Below are positions 24,301-36,300 of a stretch of 64,000 nt of DNA, piece by piece. The stretch's first letter is position 1. Each line of letters begins with the position of its first letter. Source of the stretch: Raillietiella orientalis (lineage: Eukaryota); assembly GCA_036172245.1 (NCBI GenBank), contig JAYWIR010000033.1, positions 1,984,001 to 2,048,000 of the forward strand. Direction: 5' to 3'. The translations under genes and the position numbers were made by a program. The notes under the pieces are model-generated. The model was not told where the DNA came from. It searched no databases and was given only the letters and a program-made list of their open reading frames with translations.

Positions 24301-27300
24301 GCCTATTCCCTTCTTCCCGAGATTTAGCAAGGACTCCGAAAGTACTTCCTATCGGGAAAGATGCATTCATTATGCGAATTCAAGGGATGGTCAGTAGAGC
24401 CGGTGAGATTTCAAATCTTAAGCGTGAGGGTGGACCTCCAGAGATGATGGACTGCAGTTTCCAGGCGTTCGGACGGACAGTTTCCCTCCAAACGTCTGTA
24501 TACTGCAGACAGAGGAAGCTCATGGCTATTCTTTTCGCATGCGTTTTGCCAGGCACCTCCGTGCAGTGTTTGTGCAGTGGTGATGAAAGTTTATTCTCAA
24601 TGACGAGTAATGGATAAAGATTCGAGCGAAGGAACCAAAAACAATTGCTGGAGACGTCCTGAAAGAATGTGCAAGTTAAGTGCCCTCGGTCATCAGACAT
24701 ATGCAAACAATGCTGATGTACCGCTTATGTAAACAGTACTGATATGTAAGCAACATTGATGGTGCACTGAAGACGTATCGGGCCGAAGCTGACGCAGGAA
24801 GACAAAATGTGTTCAACACATCTCAGAACAGTTACGGTCCGTGACGGATATGGGAACGCAGTGTGCCTTGGGACAAGCGGAAACACTAAGCAAGGGGTCG
24901 CAGCAAGCAGTACTGAAAGGAAGTCATTCCACGGATAATGATTGCATGCATGATGTGTGTGACAAAAGTTGAAGGCATTCGGGAGACAGTCAGGAAGAAA
25001 GTAGGTATCATGATATGCATGGCCCGTGGCGGAGGCTTTGTGGTTAAGGCTTCCGCGCGTGGCTCAGGGCATCGCGGGTTCGAATACACCGGCAGAAACT
25101 GATGCCATTGCGTCCTTCGGTTCCGAGTTTCTCCTGCAATGGCTCTGGTTGGACGAGACATTCGGGCGTGATGGTCGTTTAAGCTGGAGGCCCCCCATGA
25201 AGGCCGGAACAATGGGAGTCGACCTTCGGGTCCTCCCAGGAATCAAGGAGTGGGGAGTTCCCCCTCACCGGGGGACTCCTCCGGTTTCAAGATGGAGCAG
25301 GAGCCCTCAAGGGCGACTCTCCAGTTGTTCAAAGACCCTTCTGTTTCGGGGGTCCCTCCGAGTCGTCGCCTCTTCACAGAGTGCACAAGGAAGCAAGCGA
25401 GAGCGATTCCCTGCGGGAGGCTGCAGCGCCCTTTCTGAGTTTCGGAAGCGTCCCTTTGGGGTTCTCTTCAGAGGAGTGAACAGGAGCGGTTCCCTTGCGG
25501 GTTCCCTCCGTAGAAGAAATTCCTACTAGCGGATCCTTTCCGGGTTCCTTTCGGAGAAGATGAAATGGAGAGGACCACCCCCCTCTCAGGTGGTGTCCCT
25601 CCGGAGAGAATGAGGAAGGAGATTCCCTTCTGGGTTCCCCTTCAGAGACAACCAGGGTGGGAGGTGTGATCCCCCCCGTCCGGGGGAATCCCTCCCCAAG
25701 CGTGAGAGGAACGGACTCCGAGCCCTTCCTGGATTCATAGGGCGGACCCCCATCCCGGGGTGCCCCCTATCCTGGAGAGAATGATTGCCATATCTCAGAG
25801 GTATCTAATCAATGGCAATATTACATAACTAATAGCTGACATCGTATTCATGGATTAGAGGAAATGGAAACTGAAATGATAGAAGGATAAGAATGATAGA
25901 AGATAACTGAAATGATTGAATGATAACTGGAAACCACCTTCAAAATCGAACACCTGACATTTGAAAATTGGCTGCTTGGTCCAAAGTAGACAAGATACCT
26001 CAACCTAACTTGCTCTTGCTTGAGCTCTGTATCATTTCATAGGTCGTTTGCTCAGTCTCCACAGAAGTGGTATGCGAAAGGTGATCTTTCCAGCAAACAT
26101 CCGACATCAATGGGCGAAAATGGGTCGCACGTACCAAAGCTGTCCACCCCCGGCACTACCAGTTCGAAAAGACACACGCACAGCGTTTACTGTGCCTACA
26201 CTTATTGCAGTTTGGTACAGAGTACCGTGTTGTTCCAGTGGGGGCAATCCGTTCGAAGCGTGGCTTCATGTGGATGTCCGAATTCACCTGAGCGACCTCA
26301 TCTTGCCGTGTCGCCTGTCTTCCGAGTGGGACTGCCGAATTTCCAAACCATATGCTTCTTCTCTCATTGCATTCTATATGCCTTCAGCAGTGGCATTGGT
26401 ATAATGCTTAAACTCGTACCTTCCATTTCAGTATACCGAGTGCTTTTTTCACAGCTTTCGCGATCTACTTATAAAATAGTTGAGTTTCTTGCGGCTCGAA
26501 GTTCTCATAGGTAATTCAGAACTGTCGACTGAGATACGTTTTCATCTATCGAAGATGAAGCCGAAATCACAGATGTCTCCGAATTTTGTGAATGGGGCCC
26601 GGGAAAGATTCCTCCAGAAAGCACGTGTTTCGTTAATTGACGGCAGAGCAAGATTCCTATATGTTGTGGTTTGACCTCTGGAGTTTTGACCGACGAGTTT
26701 CTCGGAATACTCCATTAGCAGCTACCAGCTGTCCAGAAGGTCGGCACAAGGAGCAATCGAAACGTATTTGCCTTGCTGACGTTCAGCGGCAGCAAGGCAG
26801 GGGGGTCAGCGCGGTTCATTTCTAAGAATTTTTTTTTCCCTTTCCAAAACGGACAAACCAAGAGTAGAAAGTTCAAATAGAGGGATCACGTTTTATGATT
26901 CTGGGCGAAAACCAGCTGTAGTACAACAAACACGAGTCTATCACAAAACAAGTATACACATCCATTCCCGAACTGAACCCGATGGTACCAACGTTTGCAA
27001 AAAAGAATTACAATGTTTGGTGATGGAACCGATACAGATGCAGCAACGGAGTAATTTTCACGAAAGCATCTTCTACGACACGGCAGGAGGAACGAATGTG
27101 GGTTCCTCAGAGAAACAAATTCGGATAGATGTCATTTTTGAGGCTGCGGCCTATTTCAACACCTCTAAACACTGATTGATATGACAAAAAGGAGGCTGGC
27201 AATGAAATACCATATCGATTCGGAGAGCGCATTTATAGTATAAAAATCTATTCGTAGATGAAGCTGCTGGGAGGCAGGTCCTCCACGCTTTGGTGATCTG

Positions 27301-30300
27301 AGGATCTGCACTCTTTTTTCCATGTACGCTGATTCCGTGTATCCGCTTGCACACTGAAGAAAAATGTATCTGTGCAGAACAAAAAAGCAAAGCACAGAAA
27401 GATGCTACTAGCGAGGATGATGCTTTAGACGACATAGAGGAACAGAGGCGCGTCCTCACGGGGACAGCCTTGTCTATTCCCTAGATTGAATGAATTTCCT
27501 TGCAATGGTGGCTGTTGCGTGAAGAACTCAATAAATGCTTCCGCAACCTGTGAGCTCAGCATCGGGGTCCACGGGAGTGCAGAAAATGATCCGCACATTT
27601 ATACTAATTAATGAGAGTACATCTGGAGTGAACGCATCCATTTCCTACCAAAGAGAATGCCGGACCAGTCTCGGCAACCAGTGAGAGTTTTGCTCGCCAC
27701 TAACAGAACCGCAGCACCTTTCACTGCGTGCTTTCGGTGAGCGGAGTTGCAGCATCCCATCCTGAAGTTCATCGAGTTTTCTGCGTTCCTCCTTTTTCTT
27801 CCGCACCGCTCGGTTTCCGCGGAGACGCTCGTGCTCGCAGGGCGCACGTCTTCAGGACCTTTCGATCTGTCTCGAATGACTGCCAATATCTGGAGGCGGC
27901 ACCGTGAAATTCGCGATGGGAGCAGCTGCCGCCGGAGCATCAGGGAATAGTGGAGAGGGATTCTTCCTCGTTCCCTTGGCTTCAGGTCAATCAGATTGCT
28001 TCTGACCGAAGCGCCCGTAAGTTGCCGATCATCGCTGCTGGAATGACCGCTTGCCCACCTCGAAGCGCCGGTAGAAGAATCTGCAACGCGCGGACTGATG
28101 AGGGCATTGCGGACCCGTTTCCATGCCCACTTCCAACTTCCAGCTTTTCGCTGCCAATGTGGAAGTCCAAACCGTGCCTAGTAGGCCTTGCTCCTTGTGA
28201 CTGAGGGAAAGCCTCGGAACATTGGCATGCATGCGAATTGCCTCCCTGTTTGTTCCCCATGCTGTCAGCAAACTTCGATGTGTTAAGGGGCATGAAGATC
28301 GCAGCTTTCGAAATGAGATAGGTCTGATGAAATGGATCCTCTCTGGACCCTCTCTGATGAGGGCTGTCTACCCTGTCTCGATCCGTCCGTCTCTTAATGC
28401 TTTGGTGAATTTAGGCCTTCCAGAGCTGTTTGTAGGACTCGGACTTTTCTGCACTCCTCGAATTTTGCTAGAGGCACTTCTAAACTCCCTAAGAGTTTCT
28501 TGCTTTCCTGGACACAGGAAAGCTTCCAGGCACAAGGTAGACGTTCTTCTGGAGCGGAGAAGACTGCTTGCCGTGATCGCGTTCCACCGTCCTCATAGGA
28601 AAGTAGGCTCAGATCCCGCTGCCCTTAAGGCCTTTTCTAGAACTCACGAGAGGAAATCGGGATAATGGTCTTATTCCCTGATATTCAAAGTCTCTCGATC
28701 CCTAAAGCAGCAAACCAGTACTTGGTTTCGGAAGAGACGCGTCATCCCTTGCTCCTGAGGATGAGAAATACCTTTGCTCTTCCTCCTTTCTAAGTCTTCC
28801 TTAAAACAAAAGCAAATTCTTCCCATGGGATTCCGCAGAAGCACCAATTTCCTGCAAGAAACCGTGTTTGCTCCACACCTCCAAAAGATGACGAGCTCTT
28901 TAGAGAGAACGCCCACCCCTGTTTTCTTCGGGTCAGACTCTCGGGAACTTTCTGCAGGAGAAGCGTTTAGATGTCTCATCCATTGGCCAGCCTCTTCCTG
29001 TGGAATGAAGGACTTCGTTGTACGCAGAATACGTCTCTATCCTCTCTGTGGTGAGCGGACGATCCTTGGCACGTCCTTACTCCGCAGTCCCCCCCTTCAA
29101 TGCAAATCGTGGAAGGCTTAGTATCTGGCACAATTATCTCCTGGTGATTTCTCCATCCAAAGAGCAGTCGTTTCTCGCATGGCACCGTTTTGAAGAGGAA
29201 AAAGCAAATGCTTTGCCGAGTCGTTTCGGAAGGAAGGCGCTATTTCTCCGGCTGGCTTTCTCCCCATCCTCCACAGCATCAACACTCAGAAACCCAACTT
29301 ATCAAGTAGCGCATTCTGATGCAGTCCAGGGAGCTGGTCGTCTCCCCGCATTGAAGGGGATTCGCTCTGTAGCTGCAGTCTGCTTCCAGGAACGTGGACT
29401 CCTCGAACCAGATCCGAAGAGGGAACTCTCGGGAAACAGCACGTGTCTCTCCTAGTCGAAGACCAACGACAGCGGATCCCCACCGGACTGCTTAATTATC
29501 CTTTTGCTTTCCGGGAGTGACAAACATCTCCAGAAAAGCCGAGAATCTCTTCCGAAATCCTTGCACTGGTGCTCGACTCTGCCCCACACAACTGCCCCGC
29601 ACTCAGCACGCTTGAGAGCAGGAATTGTCGCACTGGGTAGGTGGATGGGCAAGTGGATGTGTACCTATTTACTTCGACTTCACGTCCCGCCGTGTCTGAG
29701 TTTAAAATTTTTCCCAGTCTGTATACCATCACTGGGAAACACCCATCTGGCTTGTATCCAGCATCTATCTTTTTTTTTCTTCAAGAAGAAAAATCCCCTA
29801 CTGCACCGAGAAGCCACGCTACTCGGAAAAAGCTGCAACCAACAAAGTCAGGGCCCACGAAAATTTAATGATCCACTGACAGTAGGGAAAGCTGGTGAAC
29901 AGCTGGAGACTGCGAAAGACTTTGTTCAAGACCAAGGATTGAGTATGCGGAAGGTGAAGGACCTTTCCCCGCTGGCGACAGAGAACTCGTAGAGTTGTAT
30001 GCTTGTGGCTATTGCTGAGGGGCCTTGGCGGATGGGCACAAACGCTTCAGTATGGCCCGGGGACGACGCCAAAACACACTCGCGGGCCGCAGAGAAATTC
30101 CAAAACATTTGATCTGCGGTTGTCAGCATTCCTCTAGGTTTTCAGGATTAGCAATTTGAACCTGCTCAAATTGCCGGGATCAGCAGAATTGGTTCCTACC
30201 TCTAACGGTGTCGTTTGTCCCAAAGTTACTGAGTGTGACCACCAGAAAAGTGGTCCGCAATGCTATTACCCTGCATCATCTCCTCCTCCTGGACCTGACA

Positions 30301-33300
30301 AAGAATACCATTTTTCTGCCTCAGTCTGCCGAGCGAGACGAACGAGGCATTGAAGCACCACTGAGTGTCACTTCCATCACACGAAGAGCAACTGAAGGTT
30401 CGGAATTTTCCTCTTGGTCATAACCGCAGCTACTGATGCCAATAGAGATCCATCAAGGCCACCGACTGCCTCATGAAGCAAGCAAATGGAGTGCACTACG
30501 GGCATCGACCATTCCAGAAGTCAAGACGGTGACGTACACTTGAAACCTCTTGCATTTGTTGTTCTTGGCTTCTAAGATCCAGACAGTGATAAAGTGATCC
30601 TACAGGAAAGTTTCGTTATTTCTCTTCTTGTAACCGTTATGCAAAGCACATGACTTCTAGGCAACGGACAAGAGCAACGGTCATTTTCTCCATGTTTCCA
30701 GATTTTTGGTTTTTATGTTCTCAGACATCAGCGGAGGTTGGAGCGCTTAGCAGAGACATCAGAAGCAGTCGACCGGTGGAAAAGCATACATCCGGAAGAA
30801 CAAAAAGAAAATGGGCGTGTGAAAGAGAAGCACTAAAGATCACATTAAGGGACTCCAAATTTGGCGCTCACACGAGAAAGAAAATCACCTCCAGGTTCTG
30901 CGCCATTCGAGGCAAAGGCAGCGTGCACATCTCATTGGAAAACACCTGGATCGTGGGAAGATCACGTCCAGCCCTCAACACAATCTGAATTTTCTGCATA
31001 ACAACTAACACGTTCAATCCTCAGATTACAGGGTCATTCGTGCTGAGCGACTTAACCTTCTGCCTATGGGATCATCTCCCGATGGAAACGGCAGCGGTCA
31101 CTTGTACTCAGGATGCGGAGGATGAGCAGAATAGAAATGGGTGCCATGTGCTCAGAATATAGGTCACTGGACACACCACGGTCACGGAGAGGTGTGGCAG
31201 ACTGTTGAGGCGGACCAAGGAAGGCGTAGCGGGATTAAATTGTCCTAGAGTGTTCTGAGTAACACTAGACCGTGGGCAGCTGTACGAATCCACCGAATTT
31301 CAGTTTGCAGCCTTGTTCGAAAGCAGCCCTGAGGCTAGTATCTGCGGCACCAGACGGAGACCAAAGTCGTTGATCACTTGAAACCCGAGTGAGCGTGCCC
31401 TAACGAAGCAGAACCGAAAAAAAATAGGTCTCTGACCTCGCGGCGGCGGTGCAAACAGCGCGCGCAGCAAAGGAGGGCTCTCTCTGAATGGATGGTGGGC
31501 AGTTCCCAGCAGAAATGCACATTCGAGTGACGTACAGTACACATTGTCTCTTTCCTCGACGCCTCGGGGGAACAATACGCTCCATCTGGTCATTCCAGCT
31601 CACCGCGCGCAACCGAAGACTGACCTGTCGTCAGCTGCCTCTTCGGAAATGCGCGCGCAAATGCCTTGTACTGACCCTTGCGGCGCGCTGGGGCCGCGCG
31701 AACCATGGAAGGAAGAGGGAGGAGAGAAGCACAGTTCAAGTGCCTACGTACATGTGCTTTTGTGGCAGTTCAACTGTTCAACTCCTAGTTCAACTCCGGC
31801 CGACAGTCATGGCTCTCGAACGATTTTCATCAGGCGTCCGCAAAACACCTGAGAAAGCCCTGGTCGCCCCTCTGCGCATCACAGAGGAGTCGCTATCTGC
31901 TCCACGAATGCTTTTCGGGAGCACAGAGAAGCCGCCCCTGAGGACGAAACCATGTTTGTGTCTATAGAAAAGTGACTGAGACCTCCTTGACCCTTCATGA
32001 GCACTTCCTGCGATCCCCTCGCTGGTGCCCACCCGTTGCCATAATGATGTAGGAAGTGGAGTGCATCCGCAGTTGGTGCGAGGCAACGAACGACCCCTTG
32101 CGCACCGGCAGCTCGGGGTCATATGCGCATGCTCCGCGTACTCGAGTCCGGATCGGCGGATGGTGCGCCTCCATCTTTCCCGCTGGGACTGGATGGAGAA
32201 CGGATGGTTCCTTACCTTCCGAGTGGAATATTCTGATGGGAGCGCCATCTTCTCTCCTCCAGGACACTTGCGGAGGAGGATACCCTCTGACCTGGCATCG
32301 GAGGGAGACGTTGCTGCCCTCTCTGACGACGGCATCAGGGTTGCCTCCTACCTCGACGATGTCAGGAGGAACTGGAAGAAGAAAAGGGTTGGTCGTGAGC
32401 TGATCACCTTCTTCTCTGCTCTCTTCCAATGACCCTTCCCTGCCCTCGTAGTCGCGAGCCGTCGCGTCAAGCGGCGGGGTCACCGGTGCCGCTGAGGCCT
32501 TCCGTCCCGCGCAGCCGGTACGGACCGTAAACCTCCTGGAGTGAGATCGGCGCCGAAAGGACCATGAAATACATGGCGAGCTGCTAGAATATTCTCGAAG
32601 TCGGAAAAGAGCTGTAAGGAGAGGAGGGAGAGAGCGACCCGAGGGAGAGACCATCGCTAAGAAGGAAAGGCACGCTTGGTGTGCTGCAAGGGAGCACCTT
32701 CCGAAACCAGGGTCCCCCTTGGAGGAGTCCAGACTGCCTCTCAGAGCACGCCATCTTCCCTTGCAAGCCACCTTTCTCGTATGGTAAAGTGAGAAGCCGG
32801 GAGTGCGGCCCCTTGGTTCAGAGCGCTTATTTCTTGACGGAAAAGTCCAGGCGGTCGCCATGGAGACGCCGAGGCGAAGGAAAATCGGAACGAAAAAAAC
32901 CAGGGGGCCGTTATAGAGAGCGATTTTGCTGACCTAAGTTCCAGCGACAAGCTCACGGAAGCCAGCCAAGGGAAGAGATCCACGGTCGCCCGGAGACGCG
33001 CGTTCGTGGGGAAGGGGAAATCCGACGTCCCGTTTTCCGGATGCGGAGATTTTCGGCCGAATGCTCGCGCGCGAAACCGCCTCTCCTCCCTTCTTCGATT
33101 GCTTCTGAAAGAGAAGAATCCATCGGCGGAAAGCCGCTCGTCCCCTCGGGTGTTCGGGACTTCTTGCGGATTAGAGGACATGACTCAGTGCGGCGGTGTA
33201 CCGGGAGGAAGCCGAGGGCTTCCATCGACAGGAGGTGCGTTCGCCCACGCTGCACTCACCGCCGGAACGGGCGGCCGGCTCGCAGTAGCCAAAGGCGTAA

Positions 33301-36300
33301 CGAGCAGGAAGAATGGTTGAGCATGAAACGACTCCCCATGGGGGGGGGATGGGCGTCGTCGCTGCCTCCCCATCGCGGACGGCGATGATGAGCGACCGCA
33401 ATGGATGGGGCGGTGTTCGCAGATCAACGTGGTCGGACGGTCCGCGGGAACACAGGACGGACGGTGTGGGGGCGGAGGACCGGCGAAGTGGAAGTGCACG
33501 AACTCGGGAAGACCTTCGTTCCCCATCGGAACGAAGACTGCCCAGCTCTCACACCGAGGACAGGGTCGCGTGGGTTCAGGGCAAGCACCGGCCAGGCTGG
33601 GCATGGGTAGGAGGGGTGGCTGGATTCGAGATTTTCAAGTTTTCTTGTGAGGCGGATGAGGAGGAGGTTGGAGCAAAGAAGAGCATGGTGAGGAATGACA
33701 GGAGGCCTTTGATCATGAAAAATGGGCTCGGAATGGGATCGTGTGCAGGTTCCCGGAAGACCAAAAGAGGAGGTCGCGTGAAGGAAGTGAAGATGGGGCG
33801 CCCTGTGGACCTATGGAAGCCAGCTTCTGGGACTGCAGACCGCGCTGTTGTGGTAACCGCAGAATGGAAGGACGTCCTGCAGGACACCTAAAGGCAAAGA
33901 CGCCTTCGTGGAGGGCCACAAACGTTCCGGCAACGGGAGGAACACCAAGTCGGTTTTCTCCATTTGGTGTCGGTGGATGCGGACTTCCCGGATCCGCGTT
34001 CTCCCACGTCCAGAAGACCTTCTTGCGGAAATCCGACCAGTCGGACTTCCTTCGAGGGGTGATTCGTCTGCCAGGGGGGAAAGAGCAGTCTGCTGAAGTC
34101 TGACCGAACAATTCCTTTCAACTTAGCTGGCAACCAACTCTCCGGCTACCAGAGTGCGAAGAACGTCTTCATAGTCATCAAATGCTTCCTTCCTTCAGAC
34201 CACCTCGCTTCCCAGCAAAGGGGGATCAAGGACGAGCGCAGCTCCTTTCCTTACGGACAAAGCTGCTGCCGGCAGTAACTCAATTAGGAATTAGCTCCGC
34301 CGAATTTATCTCCAGCGGTAGTGAGCTGCTGAACACTGAGCGTAGGAACCTTCTGGACCAGAGAAACACGACCTTTTCTGTCTTCTTGATTTAATGTCTT
34401 TACTGATCTGCAGGACTTCTCCGAGGAAGGATGAGTCGATTGGTTGTGGTCAAAAGATTGCCTATTTGAGCAGCCCTTCCCCACACTTAGGGACATTCTT
34501 CACCGGTGGTATCCCTTAGGGTAAGATATTGAGAGAATTTAATTTCCCTGACTCGTACTCCGGTACTGCCAATTAAAGATTTCCTTCTTTCGCCTTTCAT
34601 CTTCCGGTACTTCAGTTTTGCGTGTCTATTTACTCTTTAATTCCGTGACCTTGTGAGACCAGGAAGTTCAAGGAAGGATCGGGTGATAATGGCAGAGAAC
34701 TCTGGAGAACCAGCTGATTCATCGGGAGAAATACAAAAAAAAAGGGGAGAAACAGTCTGTGGGGCTTTTTTCTTCCATTTTCCACGGGAAGTCCCGATCT
34801 GTCATTAACAGGTATGGAGTGAGTATGCTAATCCAGTCTTGGAGTGCGCGAGTAGGAATTCGACCTGGAACGCGTTTCCATGCGGTCGCCTGCGATTCTC
34901 ACGCACGGATTAGCGAACGATCAGATTGCCTTTGATGTCGTTTTTTTCCCCCCCTTCTTCTTCCTGGTTTCGTTCCCCTTTGCCTACAGACAACAAGGGA
35001 AAGGAAATCCTTGAGAAGTTACGTGGAACAAGTTTATTCGCTTCACTTTCTGGCGGGCCCGAACGTACTGACGGACCGAATGCGGATCCGAATGAATGAC
35101 CTTTGAATGCTGATGTGCGAGTAAATGAGCGAACAGACCCTCCTTCGGACGGAAGAGTGGTTTAATTAATGGGGACTTCGGACGACGCACTGCGTGCTGA
35201 AGCTGTGGCATGCTTTTTGCTCCTTGGAAGGCCAAATTTCAGGCGAAGTCCCCCGCTGAAACGTAGGGAGCAGTTCCTTTTTTTTTTTTTTTTTTTTTTT
35301 CTCCCCCCCCCCCTGTTCGAAGGGTGGTAAGTTCCGTGATGCACGAGCGTTTGCAAGTGAATTTATGAGCACATTAATATCGAGTGCTGAAAAGGAAAAC
35401 AGCAACTGAGGCATTAAAGGAATCTTTATGGTATGACGTCTCAGGTCGCGAAGAAGTGCCCGGTTAAGCTCTGCCAAGCCTGCTGGGTGCTCGGGTGAGC
35501 TCAAAAAAACCTCGGCACCATCGATTACCGGGCACACGCCCAATCGGCATGACCGCATGAGATTTCGGTGGGTTTAGGCAGCGGGGGACGGAACGAATCG
35601 GGATGCCAGGATGCCACAGATGCATTTCATCCTCACGGAAGATTATCCAGGTCACTTGGCTGGAGACTTGAAATGTCCATATCGAGTTAGCCGCGTGTGC
35701 TTGGTAGCAGTAAGCCGTGACTAACGAGAGTATGAATGGCGTCCAATTAAAAGAGAATCTTGGCCAAGGCAGCCTCCATCCACAGTGCCGCATGATGATC
35801 TCGACGGTGGAGCAAACGTGATCGAAGGAAGCCGAGGCTGCTAACGAGTGACCAAACCCAATTTGGAAAGCTGAATGGAGCCCTGGAGTCTTTCCTCCTC
35901 GTACTAAATGGAATGAATAACCTGATATGTGGCTAGTGCCGTGGTGGAAAATGCACCACAATCACGGGGAGTTGTCAGGTTCATCAACAGAATTAACTAG
36001 GAGCTTGTATCGCTGAGAACGCATTGCTAATTCACCGTGACACCGTGATGTGCATTTCATACAATTGACATGTGATTAGTTGCGAATAAACGTTCGACAT
36101 GAGGATGGTTTCCGAGCGTCTTCCCCGCGCTGCTTACGCGGCTGCAAAGAGCAATGTCAAGCCCCGGAGCTACCGAAGTCGCCAACCAGCAAAGAAATTC
36201 CCTTCCGGCTGCAAGCGCGGAAAGAAGGAAAAGAGAGAGGAGAGAGACTCTCTGATTCGATTAAAGTGATGCCGCACTTCTTCACTCCCCCGTAGGCAAT

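Noticed and set aside
25022..25100. Stand-alone tRNA gene (also the heads at 12860-12938 and 19160-19238)
   Set aside because: A- and B-box-like motifs are present, but I could not fold a complete cloverleaf, and the sequence continues into a shared ~700-bp repeat body. Treated as SINE heads.
28190..28240. Minus-frame CQCSEAFPQ resembling Ig3 CxSEAYP
   Set aside because: Wrong position in the exon order and no surrounding similarity. The true exon is at 15898-16035.
31440..31560. Minus-frame VTRMCISAGNCPPSIQR resembling the Ig2 motif MCIASNGVPPSVSKR (possible duplicate exon)
   Set aside because: It lacks the GAY motif and suitable splice sites. The true exon is at 22060-22188.
33700..34130. 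Possible LINE ORF1 remnant on the minus strand
   Set aside because: Only vague resemblance, with no intact zinc knuckle or other diagnostic motif.
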